Below are positions 1 to 13,004 of a stretch of 64,000 nt of DNA, in pieces. Within the stretch, counting starts at the first letter, position 1, and every line of letters starts with the position of its first letter. The position numbers and the translations under genes are program-made. Source of the DNA: Macrostomum lignano (lineage: Eukaryota); assembly GCA_002269645.1 (NCBI GenBank), contig NIVC01000815.1, positions 172,080 through 236,079 of the forward strand. Reading direction: 5' to 3'. The notes under the pieces were generated by a model. The model saw only the letters and a list, made by a program, of their open reading frames with translations. It did not search any database and was not told the origin of the DNA.

Positions 1-2219
1 TAGTAGCGGAGGAGGCCAAGCGGCGGTTGGTTGCTCTCGCTGCCTGGCCTGGCGGGGGGAGGTTTGGTTGGTTAACTCCTTACTCAGCTTGAGCAGGCTA
101 GGGGGACTGACGGAGCCAATACGGCCGCTGGGGCTCCAGCCAGCCACCCCCGCCCGCCAAACCTTCTCTGCCCCCCCTTGAGTCCTCGTGTTTGAGCAGT
201 TCTAATCTCCCTCGTTCCTCGACTGTTCAAATCGGAGGTACGAGTATTGTGTTGCAATCGCATAGCATATCCGTTCTCAGCCTAAGCTAGCTGTGCTCAA
301 ATTAAACTGTATGAAATCAAACTCGAGCTTGATAAAAAAACTTAATAAAAACTACGACTACGACTATAAATCCCCCGAGTTCGTCTACGCACGCAAACAG
401 AAACAAATAATATTTGGGAAGAAACTTTCATTTCCTGTGGTGGTGAAAGGGAATCGAAAAAACTCAGTTTTTGCACTGTCAATTAAGGCTAAGAACTGGC
501 CTTTCAGTTTTAGCTAACCTTTCCCTGTCTTCTACTGCAGTGTCCTTACACACACACTACATACTCCGATTGTTGCTTTGCAGGTGTAATGCGAGCGATC
601 CAATCCTTCCCAATGGGTGAGCCAGGTCCATGTGACTACAGGCACCTATAGATGAAATCCTGTTTATTAAATATCAATCAATCACGAGTCAATCCATATG
701 GGTTTCTATTGAGCAACTAGTTTTAGTCTTTTATACTCAGCTGCCCCCAGACAAGAGTTCATCAACAGGTTGTTGTCATACAGGGCCAAGGGGCGCCAGC
801 ACAGCGAACGGCGAGTGGTTTAGCTGTTGTGAAGTTATAACTCCCAATGGGTCGCATACAACACAAACCTGCAATTCATAGATTCTTACCCATGCTACAT
901 TTGTAGAGCCTCATTCTGGTTTTAGCTTCGACAATTGAGCTCAGCAGATTAAAAGTTCAATTAAAATATAATGCTAAAAAACTCGCAAGTATAAAGAAAT
1001 GACGAGTCGGTTTTTCACCTGTCAATAAATAATTTATTGACGAGTTGATTTTTTATGCAAATATTCTGATTATAATTAATCAGAGTCAAGTAAACTGCAA
1101 ACGGTCGAACGGAGGTGGTATGAGGGGCTGTCGTTGTCAATCTCTCCTCCATTGGCATTGTCATCGTGCACAAGGCAAGATAGACATGTACAGCAGTATT
1201 TTATTTCAAAAATGTCAACATATCAGGGTCAGAAATTTCACTAATTAGTATAGGGGGGGGGGCAAAAACAAACTCACCGTTCTCGCAGGTGAAGCGAAGC
1301 AGGGCGCACGGCTCGTCACTAATTAGGGTGCGCGCGAATATGTCGTCGCAGATGCACTTGGACGGGCAGGTGGTGAAGGCCGCCATCTGGTGCAGGTGGA
1401 AGGCAAAGTGGAAACTTGAATTGCACAGGTTGAAACTTAGAGGGAGGGGGCGGCCTCTATGGCTTGGCTTTTCAACTGGCGGAGGGGATAGGGGTGGTGG
1501 CGTGGCTTGCGTATGTACATTGACACTGTACATTGATAGAGCAACCTCTGTTCTCCAAGCCAAGTAGCGGGTACCGCCGGGCAGACAGGATCGATATTTA
1601 TTTAGTATTATTATTACTATTACTATGGCTCCCTGTTAATTAGAGGTGCAACTTAGAGGCCATGATGCAAATGTTTACGAACTTGACGGCGGCGGCGGCA
1701 AAGATAAAAGGAAGGTGAATAAGGCGAGCATGTTGTTATTGGGGTCTCTCCCTGTTTATCTGAGCTCTGTCGTCAGCCCTGCTTGTGTCTCTTGAACATT
1801 CAATTTAAGATTTCGCTTTTGCCCAGAACTTTTACTATTCTGTGAGTTTTTGAATGTTGACTTGAACCTGTAGTGTAGGAAATGCTATAAACGAATTGTA
1901 AACAATTCTTTCTTTTCTTCTGCGCAAAATTTATGCAAAATTTTACAAGTGAAACTATAAATTTAATTAAAATCAGATTTATACATTCACGCCAAAATTA
2001 CTAGTGCCATTTAAAATATGCATATAAAAATATATTGTTTACTGATGTTAAAGTTTGCTATATTACTTTTAGTAGGCCAAGCTCAACCAGAAAAATAGGC
2101 TTTATTATTTTAAAAGTAGATAAAAGACAAAACTAAAAAACAACTTCATCTCTCACGGAAAGTCCTTAGAATCTTTAAACAGATTCACAGGATCAGAATA
2201 AGTGCACAGTCCCTAAACA

Positions 2220-2473
2220 CCCATAGTCCCTAGATCAGACAGAAACCCACAGTCCAGAGATCAGAACCCACAGTCCCTGGATCAGAACCCACACTCCCTG
2301 GATCAGAACCCACACTCCCTGGATCAGAACCCACACTCCCTGGATCAGAACCCACAGTCCCTGGATCAGAACTCACACTCCCTGGATCAGAACCCACAGT
2401 CCCTGGATCAGAACTCACTCCCTGGATCAGAACCCACAGTCCCTGGATCAGAACCGACAGTCTCTGGATCAGA
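2220..2473. repeat. 21-bp minisatellite (CACAGTCCCTGGATCAGAACC), about 11 copies
   Basis: Direct inspection. Confidence 0.9.
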
Positions 2474-3144
2474 ACAGAACAGAAGCACAGTCGGGGTAGC
2501 GGAAGTTCTTCATTCCAGGAATCCGCAGTGCAAATGCATGATGAGATGACAGATAACGCGGCAAGCGACAGAGCGCAGCAGTTTTAACTTTGAACTGATG
2601 GATGATGGGTTTATGCAAAACAGCTAGAAAAATCGAACTATAAGTAAAAAACGAGGGACCTCCTCCTTGGTCCCATATCTTTCCTATATGGTGCAAGGTC
2701 ATCGCTTTGGAAATATTCCTTCGATATTGGAGCCGCAGGGTGACGCTGTGTATTTCCGTCAGGCAGCTGTCACCTGCGGATCGCAACTGTCTAGCATCGC
2801 ACAGGGCGGTGGCGGCAAGGCAGATGGATACTGCTGCCTGACCCCTAGAACTTCCCAAATCCTATTTGTATTCCCATATCTTAGCCATGGCATCAGCTGC
2901 AGTCTTTTTAAAATGCACACACAGCGAAATGCAACTTTACTGAAACATTCTTGTACAGCAGCAGCAGTCATCAGCCATCAGCCATCGGGATACCGCGGTG
3001 CGGAGGGGTGTGTGCAATTCCCTGATTTTTTTCTCAACCCTGAATGCACTGCATGCATGCATGGCTTTTCAATGACTTACATATTGCGGTAAATGCATGT
3101 ACTACGAGCTATAATTAAAATTTTGATCGACGAAAAAATTCTAT

Positions 3145-3149
<5 letters not shown>

Positions 3150-3197
<48 letters not shown>

Positions 3198-3216
3198 AAG
3201 AGAGAGAGAGAGAGAG
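3150..3216. repeat. (GA)n microsatellite
   Basis: Direct inspection. Confidence 0.95.
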
Positions 3217-3917
3217 CGCGAACAGTCGTCATTTAAGCGACGGAGATTTCTTGCAGAGAATGCATGCAGCAGCTGTCTTTGTCCGCTATGGAATCGAGCA
3301 TCTCTGCATTACTGGCTGAAACTTTCACACCGGTCCTGCGCTGAATCTCCTATCATCTCCCACGTTGCCCAGGAGGTTACTTATACATCGCTATATTGGA
3401 AGTTTTTAACGCAATTCTATCTAGGAGAAATGGCGCGATCCCATTTAGGGGGGGGGGGGTCGGGGATAAACAATTTACATGTGGCGGTTGGCGGTTGTAG
3501 TTGCACTTTTTAGAAGGCTGTTTTGCACAGCCTCGAATTACACAGTACGAATGTGCACTTACTGTATACATTTAGTGCATGCATGTCCCAAACATATTGT
3601 TCCCTCCAATATAGAAGAAGATCTGTCATTTCCACAGAGCCCTGCAGCTTTCACTGATGCACCACCGTCCTCCGACTGAAGCAATACGCAGTGTAGGTGA
3701 ACAGCGACAGAACGACCGTGCAATCGTTTCATGCAGACATTGCCAAATTGCAACTTTGTGCCATTTAAAGCTTTGATGATGAATAAAACACGTCTGGCTT
3801 GCTGGCTTTTGCTTTTTCTTCAGCTGCACTATTGAATTAGATTGTGACCGTTTGTCTTTTCACCTGCGCATTTTATCAGAACCAAAAATGGTAGATACTG
3901 CAGATGCAGTTAAACAG

Positions 3918-4970
3918 TGAACACTGCCCTGAGACAGGAGATTGGCAGTCCAATAAAGAGACAGGAAAGTGACAGCCCAATTCAGAGACAGGAGAGTAAC
4001 AGTCCAATTCAGAGACAGGAGAGTAACAGTCCAATTCAGAGACAGGAGAGTAACAGTCCAATAAAGAGACAGGAGAGTAACAGTCCAATAAAGAGACAGG
4101 AGAGTGACAGTCCAATACAGAGACAGGAGAGTGACAGTCCAATAAAGAGACAGGAAAGTGACAGCCCAATTCAGAGACAGGAGAGTAACAGTCCAATAAA
4201 GAGACAGGAAAGTGACAGCCCAATACAGAGACAGGAGAGTAACAGTCCAATAAAGAGACAGGAGAGTGACAGTCCAATAAAGAGACAGGAGAGTAACAGT
4301 CCAATTCAGAGACAGGAGAGTAACAGTCCAATAAAGAGACAGGAGAGTGACAGTCCAATACAGAGACAGGAGAGTGACAGTCCAATAAAGAGACAGGAGA
4401 GTAACAGTCCAATAAAGAGACAGGAGAGTAACAGTCCAATAAAGAGACAGGAGAGTAACAGTCCAATACAGAGACAGGAGAGTGACAGTCCAATACAGAG
4501 ACAGGAGAGTAACAGTCCAATAAAGAGACAGGAGAGTAACAGTCCAATACAGAGACAGGAGAGTGACAGTCCAATACAGAGACAGGAGAGTAACAGTCCA
4601 ATAAAGAGACAGGAGAGTGACAGTCCAATAAAGAGACAGGAGAGTAACAGTCCAATTCAGAGACAGGAGAGTAACAGTCCAATAAAGAGACAGGAGAGTG
4701 ACAGTCCAATACAGAGACAGGAGAGTGACAGTCCAATAAAGAGACAGGAAAGTGACAGCCCAATTCAGAGACAGGAGAGTAACAGTCCAATAAAGAGACA
4801 GGAAAGTGACAGCCCAATACAGAGACAGGAGAGTAACAGTCCAATAAAGAGACAGGAAAGTGACAGCCCAATTCAGAGACAGGAGAGTAACAGTACAATA
4901 AAGAGACAGGAAAGTGACAGTCCCAGAGAGACAGGAGAGTGACAGTCCCAGAGAGACAGGAGAGTCGTGA
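3918..4970. repeat. 27-bp minisatellite (AGAGACAGGAGAGTAACAGTCCAATAA), about 38 copies
   Basis: Direct inspection; 9-aa periodicity in the ORF track. Confidence 0.95.
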
Positions 4971-5844
4971 GACAGATGTTGACAACACAGATGGTCAATG
5001 CTGGCGGGAGGTCCTGTCCCACTCGCAAAAACTCACCCTATAGTCCTCGTGCTACTTTATTGGTGCAAAGGCTGCGGAATCAGTGAGTGCAGAAGCGGTC
5101 GAGCCCGAGCTGCCACAGGCACATCCAGGCCGCGGACTTCATGACGCCTGCATCGATGGCCTGTGCCGCGGACGGCTGTATCTCTGCTTCTGCCTTACTC
5201 TTTTCGCCGAATTTAAAAAGGCCGCAGGTAAAAATCGTTTTGCAGTTTAGTGAAATCACCTGTTGGGAGAAAAAATTTCTAAGCTATTTCAAGATTCAGT
5301 CCCATGACGATGTTGAATTGATTGGAGAATTCTGTGCAGTCCTTTCCAGCATCCTTCTGAAGGAGCATTTTTTCTTGCTTATTCTAGCGTTGCTAGGCGG
5401 TGGGAGTTGGAGGCAAGCTTTTTTTAAGAGGTTGGGCCGCCACTTTTTGATCCAACTGTCGAGCCTCTCGCAAAAAATATTGTCCCGAAAAGTCGCGGCA
5501 GCCCAGGTAGCTCGTAGCATGAGAGAGAGGGGGGACAGATCATTGGGGATCAGCATTGGTGCTGTTTGGTCGAATAGGGACCTGGCCAGGGCTATCGAGC
5601 CGCCACCGCCAGTTCCCCTCCCCCCTCCATCTTGCATGCAGTGGCGCTGTTGCCGACTGCTTGATGACGCTGCCGCATTTTTTTCCTATACTGCTGGTTG
5701 GCAAGCCGCGCAAACTTCTGCGATCTTTCGATTTTATAAATGCAGCTATTAGCATGCGCGGGTTCCCACACTCGGGGGCCCAGTCAGGATTCTTCATTGG
5801 GGGGGGGGTTGGATCTTTCGGTCCCGACATTCCATTTGAGTGGG

Positions 5845-6845
5845 CTGTAGCACCAAAGTCTGTAGCACCAGAGTCTGTAGCACCAGGGGCTGTAGCACCA
5901 GAGGCTGTAGGGGCTGTAGCATTAGGGGCTGTAGCATTAGGGGCTGTAGCATTAGGGGCTGTAGCATTAGGGGCTGTAGCATTAGGGGCTGTAGCATTAG
6001 GGGCTGTAGCATTAGGGGCTGTAGCATTAGGGGCTGTAGCATTAGGGGCTGTAGCATTAGGGGCTGTAGCATTAGGGGCTGTAGCACCAGAGTCTGTAGC
6101 ACCAGAGGCTGTAGGGGCTGTAGCATTAGGGGCTGTAGCATTAGGGGCTGTAGCATTAGGGGCTGTAGCATTAGGGGCTGTAGCATTAGGGGCTGTAGCA
6201 TTAGGGGCTGTAGCATTAGGGGCTGTAGCATTAGGGGCTGTAGCATTAGGGGCTGTAGCATTAGAGGCTGTAGCATTAGTGGCTGTAGCATTAGAGGCTG
6301 TAGCATTAGAGGCTGTAGCATTAGAAGCTGTAGCATTAGAGGCTGTAGCATTAGAGGCTGTAGCATTAGAAGCTGTAGCATTAGGGGCTGTAGCATTAGG
6401 GGCTGTAGCATTAGGGGCTGTAGCATTAGGGGCTGTAGCATTAGGGGCTGTAGCATTAGGGGCTGTAGCATTAGGGGCTGTAGCATTAGAGGCTGTAGCA
6501 TTAGGGGCTGTAGCATTAGGGGCTGTAGCATTAGGGGCTGTAGCATTAGGGGCTGTAGCATTAGAGGCTGTAGCATTAGGGGCTGTAGCATTAGAGGCTG
6601 TAGCATTAGGGGCTGTAGCATTAGGGGCTGTAGCATTAGGGGCTGTAGCATTAGGGGCTGTAGCATTAGGGGCTGTAGCATTAGGGGCTGTAGCATTAGG
6701 GCTGTAGCATTAGGGGCTGTAGCATTAGGGGCTGTAGCATTAGGGGCTGTAGCATTGGGGCTGTAGCATTGGGGCTGTAGCATTAGGGGCTGTAGCACTA
6801 GGGCTGTAGCACTAGAGGCTGTAAGGCTGTAGCGCCAGTCTGTAG
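5845..6845. repeat. 15-bp minisatellite (GGGGCTGTAGCATTA), about 65 copies
   Basis: Direct inspection; the tandem junctions create TTAGGG. Confidence 0.95.
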
Positions 6846-7456
6846 CACCAGGAGGGGCTGCCGGGGCGCCAGTACCCGGGGCGCCAGCACATGGGGCGTC
6901 AAAGCTGTTGCAAGGGTTACCCCATGTACTTTTGCCAGCGGATGGGGGCGCCACGACCCCCCCCCCCTTGCCCCCTAGCTTGCCCCTCCCCGAGCAGATT
7001 TTGATAGTCGCCTGGCTGCACGATGAAGTGAAGATCTGCACGATGAACAAAACACAAAGCACAAAGAAAACACACGGCAGGATTGCCGCCATCATCGCCT
7101 AGAAGGAGCAGCTTAGTCTCTGCGCGTGCTATCCTGCCAGATCCGTTCCTGCTGGTGCCCCCGCAGCCCTTCTTGACGCGCGACAGTTGGCCCACTTGAT
7201 CTCTCTTGTACTGTCAGCCCGGGTGCAGCGCTTTCGAATCTTAATGAATTCTTTGGGAAAAGTCAAGTCTATTTGCCTGCAATTCTCGATCAAAAACCAT
7301 CTCTATCTATCGCGTGCACTGCGTCTTGTGCGTGGCATTTCATTTGTCTGCATGCCCATCAGTGGGGTATTGCGGTAAGACTAAAACAACTCAGACAAAT
7401 GCCAATGGTGTACAAGACACTCTATTGAGCTGTACAAGATACGATTACTTTATTTA

Positions 7457-8632
7457 GCTGTGTACAATAATCTATGGTGATCAATGCCGAGCTGTGTACA
7501 ATAATCTATTGTGAACGCCGAGCTGTGTACAATAATCTATGGTGAACGCCGAGCTGTGTACAATAATCTATGGTGAACGCCGAGCTGTGTACAATAATCT
7601 ATGGTGAACGCCGAGCTGTGTACAATAATCTATGGTGAACGCCGAGCTGTGTACAATAATCTATGGTGAATGCCGAGCTGTGTACAATAATCTATGGTGA
7701 ACGCCGAGCTGTGTACAATAATCTATGGTGAACGCCGAGCTGTGTACAATAATCTATGGTGAACGCCGAGCTGTGTACAATAATCTATGGTGAACGCCGA
7801 GCTGTGTACAATAATCTATGGTGAACGCCGAGCTGTGTACAATAATCTATGGTGAACGCCGAGCTGTGTACAATAATCTATGGTGAACGCTGAGCTGTGT
7901 ACAATAATCTATGGTGAACGCCGAGCTGTGTACAATAATCTATGGTGAACGCCGAGCTGTGTACAATAATCTATGGTGAACGCCGAGCTGTGTACAATAA
8001 TCTATGGTGAATGCCGAGCTGTGTACAATAATCTATGGTGAACGCCGAGCTGTGTACAATAATCTATGGTGAACGCCGAGCTGTGTACAATAATCTATGG
8101 TGAACGCCGAGCTGTGTACAATAATCTATGGTGAACGCTGAGCTGTGTACAATAATCTATGGTGAACGCCGAGCTGTGTACAATAATCTATGGTGAACGC
8201 CGAGCTGTGTACAATAATCTATGGTGATCAATGCCGAGCTGTGTACAATAGTCTATGGTGAACGCCGAGCTGTGTACAATAATCTATGGTGAACGCCGAG
8301 CTGTGTACAATAATCTATGGTGAACGCCGAGCTGTGTACAATAATCTATGGTGAATGCCGAGCTGTGTACAATAATCTATGGTGAACGCCGAGCTGTGTA
8401 CAATAATCTATGGTGAACGCCGAGCTGTGTACAATAATCTATGGTGAACGCCGAGCTGTGTACAATAATCTATGGTGAATGCCGAGCTGTGTACAATAAT
8501 CTATGGTGAATGCCGAGCTGTGTACAATAATCTATGGTGATCAACGCCGAGCTGTGTACAATAATCTATGGTGATCAACGCCGAGCTGTGTACAATAATC
8601 TATGGTGATCAACGCCGAGCTGTGTACAAGAA
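7457..8632. repeat. 31-bp minisatellite (GCCGAGCTGTGTACAATAATCTATGGTGAAC), about 38 copies
   Basis: Direct inspection. Confidence 0.95.
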
Positions 8633-9445
8633 ATCTAAGCATATTTAATCAGACAAATAAGCAGCATTTTTAGTTTATCTTCTATTCAAACAACAGACAA
8701 GATGCAACACTGCGATTTAATAAAGTTATATTTATATGATAAAAAAGATTCGTTGGCTACAAAATGAGTTTATTGCTGCATACATGTAGTAATTGTACGC
8801 TCAAACAAGACAGAAACAATGACAACAAAGAAGCGAGCAGAATAAACAAAACACACGCGGGAAAAAGCACAAACAAAAGACAACAACACACAACTAGCTA
8901 AGCTAAATTGCGCGAGAAAAGAAAATCTCTAAAAATTTACGCGCTTTGAAGAAAATGATAAAAAAAGAAACGGTTTTGATAAACATTGCTATAGGGGTGC
9001 TGTGCAAGTCTATAGTAACATAATATTACTAAGCATAGCTATCTGCATACTCGTATTCCTGCTGAAAATTGCCAAAACTTCTAGAGAAAAGAGGAAACTG
9101 TTGTCAATAAAGTTAGCTGGGACCACGCCAGGCCAGCATCACATGAGGGGGGATAGCAGTCGCATTTGGGAAGAAAATTTTCTAAATAGTTGATCCCAGA
9201 TCATAGACGCGGGCCCTTGCTGGTCTCGAAGATCCAAACACAAAATGCTGAACAGCCTATGGTAAGTGAAAACAGAATCTGCACATTGTAAACACAGTTC
9301 GCCGTGGAGATCCGGTGGTACAGAAGGGAACGGGGAGGTGAGCTTTCAGCACTGCTGCCGGCTTCTTCAAGTCACTGATGGGGCTGGCTCGGATGCTGTG
9401 TTGCAAGCTGCGCCGCTGCGAATATTCACCACTGCAAGAGGCATT

Positions 9446-9933
9446 GACTGACTGACTGACTGACTGACTGACTGACTGACTGACTGACTGACTGACTGAC
9501 TGACTGACTGACTGACTGACTGACTGACTGACTGACTGACTGACTGACTGACTGACTGACTGACTGACTGACTGACTGACTGACTGACTGACTGACTGAC
9601 TGACTGACTGACTGACTGACTGACTGACTGACTGACTGACTGACTGACTGACTGACTGACTGACTGACTGACTGACTGACTGACTGACTGACTGACTGAC
9701 TGACTGACTGACTGACTGACTGACTGACTGACTGACTGACTGACTGACTGACTGACTGACTGACTGACTGACTGACTGACTGACTGACTGACTGACTGAC
9801 TGACTGACTGACTGACTGACTGACTGACTGACTGACTGACTGACTGACTGACTGACTGACTGACTGACTGACTGACTGACTGACTGACTGACTGACTGAC
9901 TGACTGACTGACTGACTGACTGACTGACTGACT
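9446..9933. repeat. Perfect (GACT)n microsatellite, about 122 copies
   Basis: Direct inspection. Confidence 0.97.
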
Positions 9934-9951
9934 CATTTACTCACCATGCGT

Positions 9952-11803
9952 CTAAACAGCTTCCGCCTCTGCACTGGGCTCCGCAGCGACCTCCCTGACG
10001 GTCTTGCCATTGTCATCGGTTCCATCGTCCTCCGCCGCGGACTCGGCAGCCCGCAGCAGGGCAGCCAGGTGCCGCTCGGTGTACAGGTGCTCGCTAGCCG
10101 GCAAATCAGCGGGCAGCTCGCCAGCGCACAGGCGGCACCGACCGCCAGGAAGGCCCAGCCAGCTGGCCGCAGGACTTGGCGCCCGCTGAGTGGACGAGCC
10201 GCGGCCACGGCCACCGCCGCCGGCGTCGCCGCTGCTGACATTGTTGCTGAGCCAGGCGCGGATGAGACGGCCGGGGAGGCCGAGAGCGGCGGCCACAGAT
10301 TCAACCTGCGGCTCGGACGGGGCGCCGCCGTCGATGCGCAACAGCTGCTGTTGCTGCTCGAAAAGCAGCCGCAGAGCCACCGCCTGCTGGGGACTCGGCA
10401 AGCCGGCCGCGGCAGGCGTCTGCGGTTGCTGCCGCTGTTGCTGCTGCTGCCCAGCAGTGCTGAGATCGAGCGGAGCGTCCAGCTCCGGGTTCTCTTCCTC
10501 CTCCTCGGCGGCAACAGCAGTCCGACAGCCGAGCAGCCAGCTGCTGTCCGAAGGAATCTGCGACGCAGGCGTCGGCTGCCGCCGTTCAATGCGCGCCCGC
10601 TTGCGCCCGCTGGCAGCTTCGGCAGCTTCAACGGCTGCTGGAGCAGCGGCAGCAGTGGACACCTCGTCGCCGGCGGCGGCCGCGGAAGTAGCGGACGGCC
10701 GCGGACGCTTTCGCCTCGCGGCGCCGAGCGCCTGAGTGTGCAGCTGAACGCGCACGTGCTGCTCAATCTCCTCGGGCCGGGCGGGGAGCACCTCCACCTT
10801 GCCGGTCTTCTCGTACTCCTCCAGGTTGAGCTGCGTAGCCGGCGGGATGCTGAAGTTATATGGCGAGTCTTTGCAGCGCTGCCGCTCCTTGAACAGCGTG
10901 TTGCGGAACCAGTGCTTGATGACCTTCACAGGCAGGCCGGTGTCGCCCGACATCTGGGCGATCAGCTGATCGTTTGGCGAGCTGTTCAGATTGAAATTGG
11001 CCTTCAGCACGCGTAGCTGGTCCTCCGTGATGCGGGTCCGCGCCCGCTTGCCGTTCTGCTGGCCGCCGCCACCGCCCGCGTCGCTACCGCCGTCTCCACT
11101 GCAGCCGCCAGCGCTGCCGGCGCCGCCGCCGCCACTGCTACCGCCGCTGGCAGCCGCGGACGAGCTGCTGTTGGTGCCAACCGACGAAGTAATTACGGAT
11201 GTCGCAGCAGCGGCACTCGTTGCCATCGTGATGGACGCAGCCGGAGTGACCGCTGCTGACTGTGCCGGCTTCGCCGACGGGGCCGTGCCGTTAGCGGCCT
11301 GAGCTGCCGCGGCGGCTACAGCGGCTGCTGCGGCGGCCACCGATGTTACTGGCGGCCCGGGCGGCGGCTTCGTAAGCGGCGACGGAATCAGCGGAGGCAG
11401 GAAGTGGCAGAGCAGCGGCGGCGGGTGGGTGGGCGGAGATCCGGCCGACGAGGCAGCGATGGAATGCGGCGGCAGCGGCGGCGGCGGAACAGCCAGCGAG
11501 GCCGCAGACATGGACGATGGCGTCGGATGCGGCGGGTGCAGCGGGAACGGCAACAGCAGCGGCGGCAGGAAGAGCGGCAGCTGATGAGACTTGGCGTGCG
11601 ACCTCAGGTGCTCCGGGCCGGCGCAGGCGAGGCCGCAGAGCGGGCAGCGGCAGCTGGCCAGCCGCTTGTGCGTGTTGGAGCGCATGTGGGCCGCCAGCTG
11701 GATCTGGGCGCCGAAGCCCACCTGGCACTGCTCGCAGCGGTAGACCTCGCCGCCCCCGCCAGTTGGCGAAGATTCCGGCAGAACGGCCGAGACGGAAGCG
11801 GAG

Positions 11804-11834
<31 letters not shown>

Positions 11835-12094
11835 ATGGTGTCAAGTGAAGAGTCTCGTAGTGGAGGCGGAGCTCCACCGAGCTGCCCAGCCGCTGGTGGC
11901 AAAGCAGGCAGGCGAGCCGACTGGCCGCGTGCTGCCGTCGGTGCCGCTCCAGCTGGCGGCCATCCCTGAAGGCCAGGCGGCAGGCGGCGCAGGCGTGGGG
12001 GAATCTGGCGGAGGAAGCCGCAGCTACCGCCGAACCGCTGGACGGCAGCTCGGCGTCGCCGCCGGCAGAGCGGGTTGTCTTGGCGTGGATTTCG
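9952..12094 (-). CDS. zfh2: ZFHX-like gene, last coding exon (C2H2 fingers, homeodomain, degenerate homeodomain, terminal finger)
   Basis: Acceptor aaatcccgcag|C GAA ATC; open to TAG at 9952. Contains several C2H2 fingers and the homeodomain [25 protein letters not shown]...[28 protein letters not shown], typical of ZFHX. The five exons sum to 1655 codons after the 1-nt correction. Confidence 0.93.
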
Positions 12095-13004
12095 CTGCGG
12101 GATTTATAAGCATAATATTTTTACGTTACTACTGGCAGTAGGGTGGCTTGCTTATCACTGTATTCTTGAACTATGCTGGCTCTGAGCCTTTGTAACAAAA
12201 CTGTGCAGCCAAAAAATGCAAATTTGCGAGCCCCTCTGCTGAGAATGTCTATGGCCAAAAGCCTATTGGTTTAGCAGTGCAAAGCCAGCGCTAGCTGAGA
12301 CACTCACTGTCTATGGCAAATCCTCACTTGTCTAATTAAAAGGAAGCAAAGCAAAGCGGTCTTGAATACTGAGACAAAAGATCGAATTTATAAATGTCTA
12401 ATGAAATTTTTACGAGCCCTACTGCAAGTAGACAGTTTGGGTTACTATAGAAAAAGTCTAAAACAGCTTAGAAGAGGGAGAGGAGACCTGAACCAACAAG
12501 AATTATTTGGCCTGCAAAAAAACACAGAGAAAATATTAAACCAGTAAAAACCGGAAGTAGGGAGGAAGAGTGGAAAAAATGATGGAGCCAATAAGGAACC
12601 AGACGAGGATAAATGGATGGATGGGAAAGAATATCCCGTCGGCCTGGATTGCATCGGGAACGGAACTGGAATAAAAAAGGCCTGGGACAATAAAGAGAAA
12701 AGAATGATGAAGCGGGGAGACTGGATTGCCAGACTCTTCAAGACTCTTCTATTGCTTAAAAACTCTACGCTGAGATCATTTCTGGTTAAAGTTTTTCAGC
12801 ACCAAATTTCCTGTCTCAAATCCAAAGCAATTTCTGTGTTTTTATACTCTGCTATCTTTGCTGCTATAACTCTTCAAGCTAGATGGGAGAGTTGAAACAA
12901 GCCAAGAGTCATCTGCGAGTTAGCGTCGGAATAGAGTGGGAACTGGGACTCAAAACTTAAAATTTGTGTTTATGATAGACTGCCAGTCACGTGTCTCTAA
13001 GAGC

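Noticed and set aside
3612-3790. Plus-strand terminal-exon candidate ending ...SCRHCQIATLCHLKL* with AATAAA (piggyBac cysteine-rich-like)
   Set aside because: The cysteine pattern is incomplete, there is no upstream transposase sequence, and the acceptor is weak.
5087-5752. 221-aa plus-strand ORF
   Set aside because: No recognisable homology; splice and poly(A) signals in this region favour the minus strand.
9933-12141. Plus-strand and alternate-frame ORFs over the ZFHX, FoxO, SNF8 and tubulin exons
   Set aside because: Antisense or shifted shadows of GC-rich coding sequence, with no recognisable domains.
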